From assembly GCA_021513715.1 (NCBI GenBank), contig CP084167.1, positions 2,912,001-2,976,000 of the forward strand: a stretch of DNA of 64,000 bases, given 5' to 3'. This DNA comes from Candidatus Heimdallarchaeum endolithica (GTDB lineage Archaea > Asgardarchaeota > Heimdallarchaeia > Heimdallarchaeales > Heimdallarchaeaceae). Every line of letters starts with the position of its first letter. The first letter of the stretch is position 1. Shown one piece after another: positions 62,916 to 64,000 of the stretch. The notes below the pieces were generated by a model. It did not search any database. It was not told the DNA's origin and saw only the letters and a list, made by a program, of their open reading frames with translations. The position numbers were made by a program, and so were the translations under genes.

Positions 62916-64000
62916 CTATTTATATGCCTTCATTATTATCCTTAAAGCTTCTTCTTTTGTTACATCTTTTGGATTTAAAGTAAGTGAACCGTCATTTATT
63001 GCTTTTTCTGCTATCTTTTCTAGTTGTTCTTCTTTCACTCCTGCTTCTTTCAATGTTTTTGGCAATTTTGTTAATTTATTTAATTTCTCTTGAAGTTCTT
63101 CTATTTTTTCTATGAACTTTCTCGCTCTTTCTTTTTCGTTAGTTTTTACGTATATTTCTTCTCCCGCTAAGGGTAAAAGTAGTTCTTTTAGCTCTTCTTT
63201 AATCTCTTCGTAGTTGAATTTAAGCACATGTGGTAGAAATATGTTCATTGCTACTCCATGGGGAATTTTTGCTACTGCTCCTGCAGCGTGTCCTAAACTA
63301 TGTACTAGACCAACCATGGAATTAGAAAAAGCTACTCCTGCCATTGTTGCTGCGATTGCCATTTCTAATCTTTTTTCTTTATCCTTTCCATTTTTCACTA
63401 GTTCAACGATGTTTTTACTAATTAATTCTATAGCTTTCCATGCATAGACGTCGCTAAAGAGGTTTTTTTGTAAACAAGTATATGCTTCTATAGCGTGAGT
63501 TAGTGCGTCCATAGCTGTTAAAGCGGTTAAATAAGCTGGTAGGGTAATAGTCATTCGTGGATCTATTACTGCTACATCAGGCATAAGATATCGTGAAGTA
63601 AATAACAGTTTAGTTGCAGACTTGTCATCTTTTATCACTGCAACTGCGGTTACTTCTGAACCTGTACCAGCAGTAGTGGGAATAACAAAAAGAGGTCTGA
63701 GCGGGCGTTTTAATCTTTCTGCTCCAGCAAATTCTTTTAGATCTTTTCCTTTTTCTGAAACTAAAATATTTACTCCTTTTGCTGTATCTATTACTGATCC
63801 TCCGCCTATTGCTATTATTCCATCACATTTTTTTTCATTATAGATTTCTGCTATTTTATTTACTTCCTCGGTTGAAGAATCTTGAGGTATGTCATCTATT
63901 ATAGCAGAGAATATTACATCTGCTCCTCCACATGCTTTAATTACTTTATCTACCAATCCTGCTTTGTTTACTCCTCTATCAGTGAGAATGATAGGTCTTT
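62916..64000 (-). CDS. Iron-containing alcohol dehydrogenase (5' end outside window)
   Basis: GGGSVIDTAK, PTTAGTGSE, DALTHAIE, HSLGH, PHG; frame stays open to the window edge. Confidence 0.93.
   Translation of the reverse strand, partial: RPIILTDRGVNKAGLVDKVIKACGGADVIFSAIIDDIPQDSSTEEVNKIAEIYNEKKCDGIIAIGGGSVIDTAKGVNILVSEKGKDLKEFAGAERLKRPLRPLFVIPTTAGTGSEVTAVAVIKDDKSATKLLFTSRYLMPDVAVIDPRMTITLPAYLTALTAMDALTHAIEAYTCLQKNLFSDVYAWKAIELISKNIVELVKNGKDKEKRLEMAIAATMAGVAFSNSMVGLVHSLGHAAGAVAKIPHGVAMNIFLPHVLKFNYEEIKEELKELLLPLAGEEIYVKTNEKERARKFIEKIEELQEKLNKLTKLPKTLKEAGVKEEQLEKIAEKAINDGSLTLNPKDVTKEEALRIIMKAYK

Noticed and set aside
1-64000. tRNA, rRNA, CRISPR arrays, tnpB/iscB/cas genes
   Set aside because: No cloverleaf, rRNA-like stretch, repeat-spacer array or RuvC/zinc-finger nuclease ORF recognised by eye; tRNAscan-SE and HMM searches were not run.

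Overview
AT-rich archaeal chromosomal segment, most likely from an Asgard archaeon of the Heimdallarchaeia type. This is inferred from TBP, thermosome, S25e, a RadA paralog, an Arf-like small GTPase, many TPR/HEAT proteins and GGTGA ribosome-binding sites. Housekeeping and metabolic genes include pyk, glyA, hisS, tbp, rps25e, thermosome, an AOR/tungsten-cofactor cluster, peptidases, MFS and DppBC transporters, and an Fe-ADH. Mobile DNA includes an intact IS481 with a 16-bp target duplication, a decayed ISH3 and two 110-bp ISH3-derived MITEs. Most notable: (1) two dispersed, diverged copies of an unannotated ~210-220-nt structured RNA cassette with its own TATA promoter and a variable 3' flank, resembling stand-alone TnpB omega/reRNA guides; (2) two very divergent tubulin/FtsZ-fold genes with apparently complementary loss of GTPase motifs, beside a membrane protein; (3) a CD36/scavenger-receptor-B-like protein with an inserted LVIVD propeller; (4) a box C/D sRNA whose guides match the 16S rRNA 530 loop. 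No tRNA, rRNA or CRISPR array was seen. All calls are by eye from motifs; no searches were run.
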